A stretch of 64,000 bases of DNA from Cycas panzhihuaensis (GCA_023213395.1 CM041465.1:88357741-88421740); one strand, 5' to 3'. Shown: positions 1 through 12,700, numbered from the stretch's first letter. Numbers and translations are program-made. Notes: generated from the letters alone by a model not told the origin.

Positions 1-1
1 A

Positions 2-667
2 GTCACAATCTTTATTGACAAAGAGATAGTTGAGAACAGTATTTTTTGACCGAAAAAGATGTTTGACCTTTTTGAGCCCAACAAAGGCATCGATCCAAGA
101 GAATGGGTAGAATGGATTGAAGCTCAAAATCAATTCACAGAGAATACAAAAATTGACGACTATTGAGTAGACTTAGAATTGTTCTTGGGAGAAAAAGCTT
201 CTCACTAATTCAATAATTGGTCCAACCAATCAATAAGATAGACCGATTGGTTTTGGTTTTAATGTGCATTTATCAAAATATTTGGACAACAACAAAAAGA
301 TCATCAAACCCACAAGCAAAGAGAGGGTACCAAAGCATCAAAGCAACCGGATAAGAGGGCAAAAGTAAAACAAGAAGGACAAGAAGCAAAGATTTTGCAA
401 GAGCTAAAACAAGAACCAATTTAGAGGGAACAACATGACTACATAGAAGACTTGAAGCAAGCTCGAGCGACAGAAGAATCTCAAGTCAATATCAGAGAAG
501 AAATCCAAAGTGAAGTTACACAGAGGCAGCACAAAGACAAGGAAGAACAAGTCGATTTTGAAGAAGAATCACAAAAACTTCATGCAAGGTACTCATTGAT
601 CTTGTGTTGCACATGCCCATCTCTTTTGGTAGAATTATTTGTCCTCTCCCTTTTCCTCACTCAGTAG
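2..667 (+). pseudogene. gag: Decayed gag (capsid-like N-part plus charged tail)
   Basis: Frame +2 reads DPREWVEWIEAQNQFTENTKIDDY*VDLELFLGEKASH*FNNW..TDWFWF*CAFIKIFG, followed by a Q/E/K-rich tail that runs into ORF 452-667. Several in-frame stops. Confidence 0.6.
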
Positions 668-1540
668 CTGTAGCAAAATTTTCTTTTCCAAATCCCATAG
701 TTAGCCATAATCATAATCTCCTTAACTCTAGTTTTCTCGTAGGCCAAATCCCAATCCCTCTTTGTAACCCTAGTTCATCCCTTTACTTACATACTTTTTC
801 ACCCCCTATAGATCATCCTAAACAGGATACTCTACAACTTCAATCTATTCATCATATTTCATCTCTTAGTATTACCCCTTACAAAACCCCATTCGGCTTT
901 TCCCAAACCCCTTCAATTTCATATCAACAATATTGTTTCTTTCCGTTAAATCTTTTCTTTTGTCTGAATACCATTCCTAAAAGCCCATTAAAGTCTTTTT
1001 TTCATAAAGAACATCTATTGTTGATTCCCCATCCATCCTTCTCTCCCAAAAAGTGTTGTGGTCTAACAAAACTTGCACAAATTTTCATCCCCATCCATGG
1101 CATATTCCAAAATTTATCCTTTCTTCCTATACCTTCAAATTCACAATTCCTCCTTTTCTTTCTCTTTTCACAATAAGCAATTGCCAATCCATGACCCTTA
1201 CAATCAATTCTTTTTACAAAATCCTCACTTCTCCTTCCATTAACCATTTCATTTGAAAACAAAATGTGCAAACACAAGGCAAGACAGAGACAAGACAAAT
1301 GAGACACATCATAGGTCCCAAGATCCTTCTGATGTAGAACAAGATACAGCATGTACCTGGCCACAGAAACAAACATCGACAAATTCAAAACACATGCTAG
1401 CAAAGCTCCATAGAAGACGCAAGATCAAACCAAATCTTCACGACCTACAGGATCTAGCACGAGGTGGTTGGAAGATTAGACCGAGCTATAAGCATTTCTC
1501 AATACTTCGAGGGCAAAATATTATTATAGGGGAGAGGAAT

Positions 1541-2083
1541 TGTAGTATTCCAAAATATGGTCAAAACCATATTATGTGACCATTCGAATCAAAGGTCTTT
1601 GAACAAGGATTCCAATGGTTTAGATGAAAGTAAATTCCGACATTTGTATCAAAATTATGACCGTTTAAAGTTTTTAGCCTGCCAATTTTTGGAGAAGTTC
1701 TGGCCGACTTCTATTCTTAGTATTTTTATCATTATAAATAGGAAGTTTGGGCCGCACCCCAACCCATCATTCGGAGATTCCTTTGGCTATATATTTTCGA
1801 TTCAGGGGCTACAATTAGCTCGCCCATTTAGGGGCTGCGTTTGGAGGGTTCCTCGCCTCGAAGAGAGAAGCTCACTTCTTCAGGAAAGACTGGTATTTTG
1901 ATGTCATTTCACTCTATTTTTGGTATTATTTGATAGTAAAGATTATTATTTACTTCAATGGATTCTATAATTCCTGTTCCTTGTTCATTTTTCTATTGAA
2001 AAGCATCTAGTTATTGCCTTTCTGTGGATTATTTTCTATATTTTTAAGGAAAAATGTTCTAAAAGTAGAAGTAGATCGCTACA
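1541..2083 (+). repeat. 3' LTR (543 bp)
   Basis: Preceded by a PPT; TGTAG/CTACA terminal inverted repeat; TATAAATA near 1733. First ~180 bp are clearly similar to the LTRs at 58603-59227 and 61584-62187 (minus strand). Confidence 0.85.
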
Positions 2084-2829
2084 TTATTTCATTAAGCAAT
2101 GTCACTGTCAATGTCTATACATCACTAAGAAGGAACGATTGATATACATTCCATATGAAACTATATCATTGAATACAAGAATTTAGCTCACACACTAGAG
2201 CAAATGATGTATGATCAATTGACTTGGCTCTTAACCTAAAGCACATGCCACAGGAATGAATAACTCGGCTCTCACACCAAAATGGTGGAACATGCCCCAA
2301 TGAACACCAAATTACATGCCTTAGAGGAATGGTTATGACTTATGTTCACAGCCATTCCTTTTCATGACAAAGTGACTCTTCCCTTAATTTCTCATAACAA
2401 TTAATTAATTACCATACATTCCGTCTATACGACCATACGTACATATTCCCATGGGTGATGTCATCGTGTCTGGAACGTATGGCTCAATTCTGAGTGTGTG
2501 TTCCATGCGTTCCCTTCTATGTGTTTCGCATGTGTTCTTGCCCGCATGTGTTCCTTTCAAGAACATATCCTGATATGTGTTCCTCGAGCTATTTTCCAGC
2601 TTTCTTCATTGTCTTATGGCATGCATTCCCACATGTGGTCCTTTAATAATGCATTCTTGCATTCCTTGTGTCAAAATAAGCATACATTCCTACTTTTCCA
2701 TGGTACAAAACAACATGAGTACCAAATTTTGCCCCAGCATCTATCCCAAGTCAACAAAAAGGATTGAGCATCCTTGCTCAATTCAAAATTTCCAAATTTT
2801 TTTATTTAGTTTGTTTTCTCCCCCACTTC

Positions 2830-3357
2830 TATTTCAAGGCTACTCCTACTACCTCGAATCTACTAAAGCTTCATTGGCTTTCAATATATCTTCATTAATT
2901 TGAGCAAGGGTGGCTAAGATTGCATCCCTTTCTTTTAGTTTCTCCTAGAAAGAAACAATTTCCGCTTTGTAGTTTGCTTCCAATTCCTCCACCATCCAAA
3001 CGATTTGTTGTCCTTTTCCCTTTTGTCGGTACTGGTTAGGAGGATGCTTCTCTCAATTCCATTGTGGGAGAGAATTCTTCCTTGGTTGGGGCCCAATCCT
3101 TCAATGAGGGTTTGATTTCTATTTCTTCTTCCTCCTCCTGCCATCTCTGTTTTCACCACTTATTTGGAGTAATGTTAGATTGGATTGCTTGGTGTTTGTT
3201 GTAACCACTTCAAAATTTTTGTCATCTCCTTCTTCTCCCTTCTTTTCACTTCTGTATCATGAGTGGATTCAAGGAATGCATCCACCCATTGCTTGATCAA
3301 TGGCTCATGTGGTTGAATGGGTATTTAAGGAGGTTGTACTCCCAAGCATTGATATGT
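2830..3357 (-). pseudogene. Accessory (env-position) ORF, C-terminal part with coiled-coil-like end
   Basis: QCLGVQPP*IPIQPHEPLIKQWVDAFLES...KERDAILATLAQINEDILKANEALVDSR; joins 15740 once the nested element is removed. Confidence 0.5.
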
Positions 3358-3922
3358 TGTAGTGGGTCCAATTCTCAAACCGCAAAGAGAGATGGTATCT
3401 CCAGTAGATAATGATAATATTTACAAACATTCAACACAGATTTCATGCATTTAACAGTAGTAATTCTCCACAGAGGTAATATTTCTAGTAGATAACATAT
3501 ATTTACAACACATAATTCTTTATAAAATATCATTCAACAAACATAGTTCAACTATCCATGCAATATTGATAAATAACAGCAAAAAATGAAATGATAATAA
3601 ATTAATAGCAGAACCTAATATAATATCCAACAGTTGTAGTCTCTTTGAGGTGAGAGCAATCCTCTACTTTGGCATGGATGCACCCTAATGCCACGAGGTC
3701 ATTATTCCAAGTACAATAAATCCTCCGAGAATGTTTTGCAAATGATCAAGGTGGTTCCCTTTATAGTCTTTATTTTCTCTCTACAAAAACCAACTCCTAA
3801 TTCTCTCTAAAAAACCAACTTCATAATAAAATATATTAATTGACTCTCTTTAATCCTCCTAAAAACCAATTTCATAATAATATAAAAAACCAACTTCTTC
3901 CTTTTTTTGGGGGAGCGCTACA
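3358..3922 (-). repeat. 3' LTR (565 bp)
   Basis: TGTAG...CTACA; matches 15176-15739 at roughly 85-90% by eye; PPT adjacent. Confidence 0.92.
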
Positions 3923-4794
3923 ATTTCCCTCCCCCCACCCCCGCCCCCGCCCCCCTTAAACTAATACTTTACCCTCAAAGTATTGAAAATTACTCATTGC
4001 ATGGCTTGGTTTAGTTTTGACTAGTTCTTTCAGCCGCCACTTGCTAAGTTCTATATGTTGTGAAGACTAGGTCCAATCTTGTAGCTTCTATTGGATTTTG
4101 TTGAGGAGTGTTTTGAATTTGTTGATGCTCATTCTTGGGGCTAGGTACATGTTGTAACTTGTCCTATATTGAAGGAATCCTAAGACATGTACGGTGTCTC
4201 AAATGCCTTGTCCTGATCTCGCTTTGTGTTTGCACATTTTGTCCTCCGATGGAATGGCATATGGAATGATAGGTGATCAGAATACATAGAATTTTTGTGA
4301 GGAAGATTTTAACGGAATTTGGGAGATTGGTAAAAGACTTGATCATACGGGTCTTGAATTGATGACTGCTTAGCAAAAAAATCTATATCATCTTTTCGTC
4401 ACTTTGACTGGCTACTTTGATACCTTGATATCCTCACCCTACTTGTGAGTCTATACGTGTCTAATGTTCCCTCCACTTGAACTTTACCTCATTTCTGCCT
4501 CTTGAAAGTTATAATACAAGCATATGAAAACTAATACCACCGGTTGAGTATGAAAGCTTCTTTAGTCAATTAACAAACCAATCACAAGCTCTTTTGTCCA
4601 ATGACATTTCTAAGACTGGTCCATACTCTTCAATTTTTGTATCAAACATGAATTCATGAATGATCTCGATGGTTTCTAGCCATTTTTTCATGTCATTGTA
4701 TTCCCCCATATTTAAAAAACTCTATTTTTCTTTTCCTTTATCAATGAAGGTTGCACTTCAATAATTAAAATCTATATCATCTATTGATCGAAAT

Positions 4795-5025
4795 TGATAG
4801 AAAAATGAACTAGATAGAATTGAAGAAAATGAAACTGAATTCTTTATTGATTTAATATGAAAGATGTACTCTTTTATATACAAGTATTTCGCATAATCGA
4901 TACATACATAAATAACAAGTGTCAATATGAGTGGCAAGTGTCAGCAGAATTCAAAGAGGGGACCATGACACCTAACCCTTAATTTACATAAAGTTTCCTT
5001 AGCATAAAACATTAATATTCAAACA
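4795..5025 (-). repeat. copia 3' LTR
   Basis: TG...CA termini; direct repeat of 13856-14086. Confidence 0.93.
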
Positions 5026-5715
5026 CTCTCCCTTAATGTTTTATCCTTTATTTTTCATTTCAAGGAGATCCTTGAAATATTGAAATTTATCCTTTGGTAG
5101 AGGTTTTGTAAAGATGTTTGCAACTTGTTGATCATTGCTATAATGATGCAAGTCAATTTCTTTATTCTAAACTTTTTCTCTAATAAAGTGGTGGTGGACT
5201 TTTATATGTTTGGTGCTTGCATGAAAAACAAGATTCTTAGTAAGCTTGATTACACTTTGATTGTCACAGTAGATTGTTGTTTCATTTTTACAGCGTTGAT
5301 TTAAGTTACTTAAGAGTTGCTTTAACTAGATTGCTTCACAAATTGCGTTTACAACAACTTTGTATTCTGCTTCTGTAGAGGATAGGACTATTGTTGCCTG
5401 CTTTTTAGTACTCCATGATGTTGCAGTCGTTTCAAGACTGAAGCAATAATTACATGTTGATTTCCTTTCCTGACATTCTCCAACCCAATCAGAATCAGTG
5501 AATCAAATTAAACCTAGTTCATTTATCCTAGTATATTATAGCCCAAAATTTGCAGTGTCTTTGATATATCTCAAGATTCTCTTTGCAGCATTCCAATGAA
5601 CAACTTTTGGATTATGCATAAACCTGGAAATAACCCCAACAAAGAAGGATACATCTGATCTAGTGGCTATTAAGTAAATGAGACTTTCAACAAGTTGCCT
5701 GAAAAGAGTCTCATT

Positions 5716-6111
5716 TGGTAGAAGATAATGTTTATTGTGTAAGTGTCTAAAGTATTTGGGTGAATGTCATATCTAAGTCAACATTATAATGTTAATTTAA
5801 TGCACACTTGTGCAAGTAAGTGGTCATTAGGTTATTGGTCTTCAAGTAGGTGATATGTCATTGGTTGTATTGGAGGTCACTTGTCCCACATGTAACACAA
5901 GTCTTACTACACTCTCTCACTTATGATGTATAAATAAGTGGTTGAGGTAGAGTAGTGAATGTTGAGTCAAGATGGAATCCATTATGATATTATCGTTGTG
6001 GAGTCATTATGATGTAATCATTTTCATATTGAGTTAATGCTATCATATTATGTTCATGATATTAGTTCTATTGTTCTTGAATATTGAATGATCTCTTTGA
6101 ATATTTCAACA
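5716..6111 (+). repeat. 5' LTR (396 bp)
   Basis: Direct repeat of 9407-9797; followed by PBS. Confidence 0.93.
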
Positions 6112-9100
6112 TGGTATCAGAGTAGGTTCTCCTGCATGTTTGAGAGTGGGTTGCTTGTTAAGCTCATTGTTGTGCAGGTTCACCGTCTTGTCTAAGGAGG
6201 TGGCTCTGTAAAGTCATTTGACAGATCGAGGGTCCAAATTTTGGAAAGTGAAACCCTAAGGTCATCATTGTTACAGATTGTGCCAAGTTTGTGACTGTGA
6301 TTGAAGATTTAGTACCAGGTAATACTATTCACTTTTTGTGTTAGGGTTTACCCTGTAGACAATTTGTTGGTATGACTTTGTGAAGACAAAAGATTGATGA
6401 CATGAATGACTTTAAACTTGTTGGCCGTTAAATCCTGTACGGTTGAAGTGAAGGTTTTGTATCTTTTAGGGTTTGTGTTGGAAATTGTTGAGAATGTACT
6501 GGTGAAATTTGAAATTATGTTATGAGCAAAGCATGCTTGCAAAGACAAGTTAGTCACAACCATCAATAAAACCCTAGTTGCTACATGAATAAATTCTACA
6601 AAGCAAACCATAAAGGAAGATGCTCACCAACTTTGAAAGATTAGGTGAGAATAATATTGAAACCTGCGTAGATGTCTGTGTGAAGGGCTGCCAAAAGAAA
6701 TCGTGGAAATAAGAAAGAGGACTCCTGCCGTCGAAAGAAAATCCTACAGAATTAGCTTCGTGGAATGACTGTCCTCCTGAAATCATATATCAACCAGATG
6801 ATAGGGATGATAGTTGTCAAAAAATGTTGTCAAAATAATAACTGCAAGAAAGAAACATAGTCTGTGTCACTTGCAGGAGAAACATCATCTATGTGGGAGT
6901 CGTCGTAATGTAATTTATTGCAGCCAGACTGTCAGTAGGAGATAGAGTCGTAGTTGCATATTTGTATTCATGAATTTCCTGTCTGTATAGTTACATGAAC
7001 ATCCGTTACGTTGTGTGAAAGAGGGTTTACAGAGTGCCTGAAGGAGATGCTATTGCCCCCTGTTGCGTTGCGTAAGATTGTCTAGTCAACCTTTGAGAAA
7101 AGTGCAATGGAAAAGAGATTGGGGAGGAACAATATCACAACGGGCGACTCTTAACATACTATCTAACAACCCACATGGTACCCAAACATGTCCTATAGTA
7201 GTAGAGGCAACGTCAGGCCGCTCAAAGATTGCAAAGGTTACGACTGCCGTGATGTAGAAGGGACATGGTCGCAGAAGAATCGTCTAATTTGCAATTTGAC
7301 TACCAAGAGTACGCCTGTAAATCCATACAAAAAAAAAAAAAAGAAGGAATTACCCTAGTACTACCATCAACTGGTCTATTGCAAGGCCGCCCAATTGCAT
7401 GTAGATTCTAGACTGCATTCTCTTGGACTCCAAACTTCTATCAAAAATGTTGAAGCTATAGCCGTAAAGATCTACAAAGAAGGGCGATCAATTGCGTGAA
7501 AGATCAGAGGATCAGTCGATAAAGAGCAAAGCCGTCAACGCCATGAAAGTCCAATGAAATCTGATATTCGGTCGATCAAACCCTGTTCATCTATTTTTTT
7601 CATCAAGCAGAAACAAATTTCTTTCGGGTACTATTTTTTTCAATGAGTCGATATGAATTTAATGGAATTAGAAGCTACTTTGAAATGTGGCAAATGTCAA
7701 ATTTATTAAGATAGATTTTATTATTTTTGCACAGTCAAATTTAAATTTAATCATATTGAAATTCGGTTTGAAATCTACTAGCCCCCTAGTGGTCAACCCC
7801 TTGATCATATGGAGTACTAGTGTGGCCAATTATTGATTTACTAAGGGGCTAATCTCTTATTAACTTGAAGTTACTCTTTATAAAGAGGTTTCTGCACATT
7901 TCTCCTTATATCTTTGCATCCAAGCATTTGTTCTCCAATCCGTCTAAGCTGTTGAAATCGTATGTCAGAGACGATCGTTTTGGGATATGATTTGAGGGCA
8001 TTTGTTGTTGTTTTGATGAAGTTATTTCTATTTAAAATTGATGCATGATCCTAAGTAATGTGCTTGTAACAAGCTCAGAGTCACATCGTGGAGCTGGAAG
8101 ATATTATTGTTTTTGTGCCAAAAAAGAATGAATTTTGGATCACAGATAGTAACATAGCCTTGCATGAGTATATCAGAACTAATTTTCAAATTTGAAAAAT
8201 TAAAATGGAGTGTATATTTATGGCTAAAAGGTTATGGAAAGTTGCCTGCAATGGTACTACAGTAATTAATGAAGAATGGAAGGAAAGTTTTAAGAAAAAG
8301 AACTAGTTAGCAATTGATGTTGTACTAGTAGCTTTTGATAAAGAAAATCTTCTGTCTTCTTATCAATTTCTATCTCATACAATTCAAAATGTTGACACTG
8401 CTAGAAGCCCTAGAATCTTCTAAAGGATGCGTATGAAAAGACCCTTCAAGAGGTGGAAGAGGTTCTTGAAAAGGCAGCCAAAACTATTGATTGTTATAAT
8501 ACAGGTAAAAGGAGGATGAAGTGAGTATTGTTGATTCAGAAGAAGAGATATGTGAAGAAGTTACTGAGACTATTAATGAATGTGAAGAAATCACTATTAA
8601 ATGTGTTGTTGAACTTGATGAAATCACTAAGCACAATTTGACTATTGTTGATTATAACCAATCAATAGAAGTTTCTCTAGATGATTCTATTATTTCAAGA
8701 AAGGATAAAACTAAATTTGATTGTCTTATTGAAGATACAAACATAATTTCTTATTTGACTATTAGTTCTAATATGAATTATTCTCAAGCTAATGAAGACT
8801 TTGCTCCAAAGATTGAAGGAATTGCTTGTGGACATACTAATCAAAGGGAGGAACACATATAGGATGTGGATATTGATGCTCATATTTCAAATGATGTTGA
8901 TTCTTCTTTTGTTGATTTATCTTCAAATTTTGGCATTGGTTCAATAGATGTTGATCACTCATATGTTGAAGAAAATGAACACAAGCAAGTGATGATTGAA
9001 CCGATGACAGAAGACATACTTGACATACACCTCAAATTCCAAGATGTTTTTGACAAGTACATACAGGATCACCCAACAGGTCTACACCAGGCTCAAGTTG

Positions 9101-9406
9101 GTTCAACCATGGTCTATTACACCCTCGGCATGATGAAGGATTCATTCTTGCACATGAAGATGAAGAAAGTTAAGCTCAAGGACCATCACTCCTGAAGACT
9201 ACTTCAAGGACAACGCTGCAGGAATCAAGATGAAGATCAAAGTGAAGATATTGTGTTCAAGACCATTCCAAGATCAAAGCGTTATAAATTCAAGACAATG
9301 CCTCATGTGGAGTCATATGTCAATTTTGGTCAGTCCATAGTACTTAGTGTCACGGTGTCTTTAGAATTTAGTTTTTGTTGTCTTGACACTAAACATTAAG
9401 GGGAGG

Positions 9407-9797
9407 TGTTAGAAGATAATATTTATCGTAAGTGTCTAAAGTATTTGGGTGAATGTCATATCTAAGAGTCAATATTATAATGTTAATGTAATGCACACTT
9501 GTGCAAGTAAGTGGTCATTAGGTGTTTTGAAGTAGGTGATATGTCATTGGTTATATTGGAGGTCATTTGTCCCACATGTAACACAAGTCTTACAACTCTC
9601 TCTCACTTATGATGTATAAATAAGTGGTTAAGGTAGAATGGTGTATGTTAAGTCAAGATGGAGTCCATTATGATATTATCGTTGTGGAGTCATTGAGATG
9701 TAATCATTTTCATATTGAGTTAATACTATCATATTATGTTCATGATATTACTTCTATTGTTCTTGAATATCGAATGATCTCTTTGAATATTTCAACA
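9407..9797 (+). repeat. 3' LTR (391 bp)
   Basis: Preceded by PPT; followed by TSD TCATT. Confidence 0.93.
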
Positions 9798-12700
9798 TCA
9801 TTTACTTCTTGTTGATAGCTTTCATCAGAAGTTAGAACACAACCTACTTTAATTGGTGTAGCACATGGATTGCATTCCTCCATTTTGAACCTCTTTAGCA
9901 AATTTTAGCATATTTGGATTGTGAGATGAAAGATCCCACTTTTTGCTTGATCAACTTCTATGCCAAGATAATAGTGAAGCGCGCTCAAGTCAGTCATTTC
10001 AAATTTTCTTTCATGTGTCCTTTTATCAGGATGATAGTTTCTTGATCATTATTTGTGATAGTCAGGTCGTAGGAATCAAATCTTCTTGCCTTCTTATATA
10101 AAGGCTTGTATCTGCTTTACATCTATGAAAACCTCCTTGTTGTACATGATGATCCAACTTGGCATACCAAGCTCTAGGTGCTTGCTTTAGGCCATATAGT
10201 GCCTTTTTTCAACTTGCAAAGTAGATGTTCTTCTCCTCCTTTTATGTATCTAGGTGGTTGTTCCATATAAACTTCTTCATTAAGATCACCATTCATAAAG
10301 GCACTTTTCACATCAATTTGCACAGTCTTCTATTTGTATTGAGCTGCCAAAGCTATAACAGTGCAAACGATTATGAGCTTTGCTACAAGAGCAAATGTCT
10401 CTTCATAGTCGGTGCATGTTGTCTGGGTATATCCTTTAGCTACAAGCTAAGCTTTATGCTTTTCAATGTTTCCATCAGGTTTTTCTTTTATTTAGTATAC
10501 CCATTTGCAACCTACAATGGGTTTATCCTTTGGAGGAGAAACTAGATCCCAAGTGTTATTTTCATTTATGGACTTCATTTCCTTGTCCATAGCTTCTTGC
10601 CATTCTGTTTTTTCACAGGCCTCTTTGAAATTTTGAGGCTCAATTGAACAAACCAAGGCTTGATGCTTTTGAGATCAAGTTCTGTGTTTGAACACATCTC
10701 CCCTCAATTCTTCAAGAGTTTTTAGATACCATTTAGGTAATCTTTTCTTTGAAATATTTTCCTACCCTTCTTTTTCAATCAATGTTTCTGACTCTTATTG
10801 AGAAGTCGATTCTTCTGTATCTTCTTGAGAGGTTGACTCTTCCTCAGTTTGACTATCAATAGATTCTACGTTCTCTTCTATTATTATGCCCCTTTGAGAA
10901 TAAGCAGTATCTTTACTTGTTGAAATACATTCATCAAAGGTCACATCTCTGCTTACATACATTTTCTTTGTTTTTACATCTATACAGCAATAGGCTTTAG
11001 ATTTTGTATTATATCTAACCATAACACATTCAATGATTTTATCATCTAATTTTGTTCTTTTCTAAGTTGGAAGATGTACATAGGTTGCACATCCAAAAGT
11101 TCTTAGATAACTTACATCTGGTTTTGTGCCTGTCTAAGCTTCCTCTAGAATGATCTTGTCGATCGCTTTTGTGGGACATCTATTTATTAAATAGACAACA
11201 GTATTGACGACTTTAGCCCAATATACGTTTGATACATTTTTCTCCTTTATCATGCATCGTGCCATCTCTGTTAACCTCCTATTCAGTCTTTCAGCTACTC
11301 CATTTGACTGTGGTGTGTATGAAGTAGCAATTTACCTATGAATGCCATGAGTTTTGTAAAAATTTGAAAACTCATTTGAAGCATATTCTCCACTTCCGTC
11401 TACTCTAAGCATCTTTATTTTGTGCTCGCTTTCGAATTCTACTTGAGCCTTGAATTCTTTAAAGCAATCAAGAGCTTCAAATTTACTAAAAATATAGTAA
11501 ACCCAAGCTTTTTCGATAAAGTCATCTATAAAAGTGAGAAAATACCTAGCACCATTTACAAAGTTGGGTGTAACAGATCCACATATGTCACTGTGAATCA
11601 ATTCTAATTTCTCTTTCACTCTCCAATTGCTTTCCCGAAATGGCATTCTATGTTGTTTCCCTAGCATACAACTTTTACAAACAGAGGAATTTATTGTAAA
11701 CTTAGCAGACAACCCATCAACCATCTTAAAAATTTTTTGCAACTTTATTTAATCATCAACAATATGCCTGGAGCGAGAATGCCAAATTTCAATATCATTA
11801 TTTTGAACAACAAGAACTTTTACAAATGAGATAACAGGAGTAGAAACCAACTTATAAAGATTGTCAGCTTCTATCCCCTTAGCAATGACTTGACCCTCCT
11901 TTTTCATATCCAGAATATAGCATTTTCCATTTTCATGAAAAATCACTCGGAGTTTCTTCTTTCTTAATTGTGACACCGAAAGAAGATTCTTCTTTAAGCC
12001 TAGCACAAACAACACATTTCTATTTTTTTTAATTTCTTACCTGATCTGGATTGATATGGTTTCTCTGCCTTTAATTTCCAAAGAGTGACTATCACCCAAT
12101 TTCATAGTCTTGCTTGTCAGGTATGGTTGCAGGGATTCAAACCAGTCTTTTCTACCTGTCATATGATTTGAGACGCCACAGTCAACAAACCAATTCTCAC
12201 TATGCTGAACGGATGATACTAAGGCAGTAACGAAGGCAGTCTCTTCTTTATGTTCATTTTTTAATTGTTCTTTGTTGTAACTGCCTTCAACCCATTTACC
12301 CTTGGAAATGCCAGATCTTTTGTAGAAACAGTTACTTGAGAGGTGTCCATACTTGGTGGCTCTCTATTGTTCTACATTTTGCTACGATGTGACTAGCTCT
12401 TCCACAATGATAGCATACTCGAGTATCAGGCAATCTACCTCTTTCCTGTTCCTTTGAAGAATCTTCCTCTACTGGTTCTTGTTTTAATTGATCTACCCCT
12501 TGCACTTCATCCTCCTCGTTCACTGATTCTAAGCGTTGAGATAAAGGCTTCCTCAACATCTGCTTCCTCTTCATACTTGCGAGTTCTTTGTTCCTGTTAA
12601 GGTAAATGGCCACACAGGGTATCGAAAAGCATATTTTGGGCTTATCCCCCTATAGTAAGAGTATTTACCAAATTACCAAAGGATTTTGGCAATTTACTGA

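Larger units (their letters stand above)
1..2083 (+). mobile_element. Non-autonomous gag-only gypsy-derived LTR element (TR-GAG/LARD-like); 5' part lies outside the window
   Basis: Gag-like remnant at 2-290, no pol, PPT AGGGGAGAGGAA at 1528-1539, then LTR TGTAG...CTACA at 1541-2083. Internal region is homologous to that of the element at 3358-15739. Confidence 0.75.
5716..9797 (+). mobile_element. Non-autonomous copia-derived LTR element (4.1 kb) inserted in the host RT
   Basis: LTRs 5716-6111 / 9407-9797 (~94% identical), perfect TSD TCATT, PBS TGGTATCAGAGTAGG at 6112-6126, PPT at 9398-9406. Copia gag N-terminus remnant near 8175-8250 (TNFQI*KIKMECIFMAKRLWKVA), acidic ORFs at 8521-9195, no INT or RT. 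Confidence 0.93.

Noticed and set aside
604-1176. 190-aa ORF (P/S/F/L-rich) and the antisense ORF 1002-1403
   Set aside because: C/T-biased low-complexity interior of a non-autonomous element, no recognisable motif, and largely absent from the homologous element at 3923-4780.
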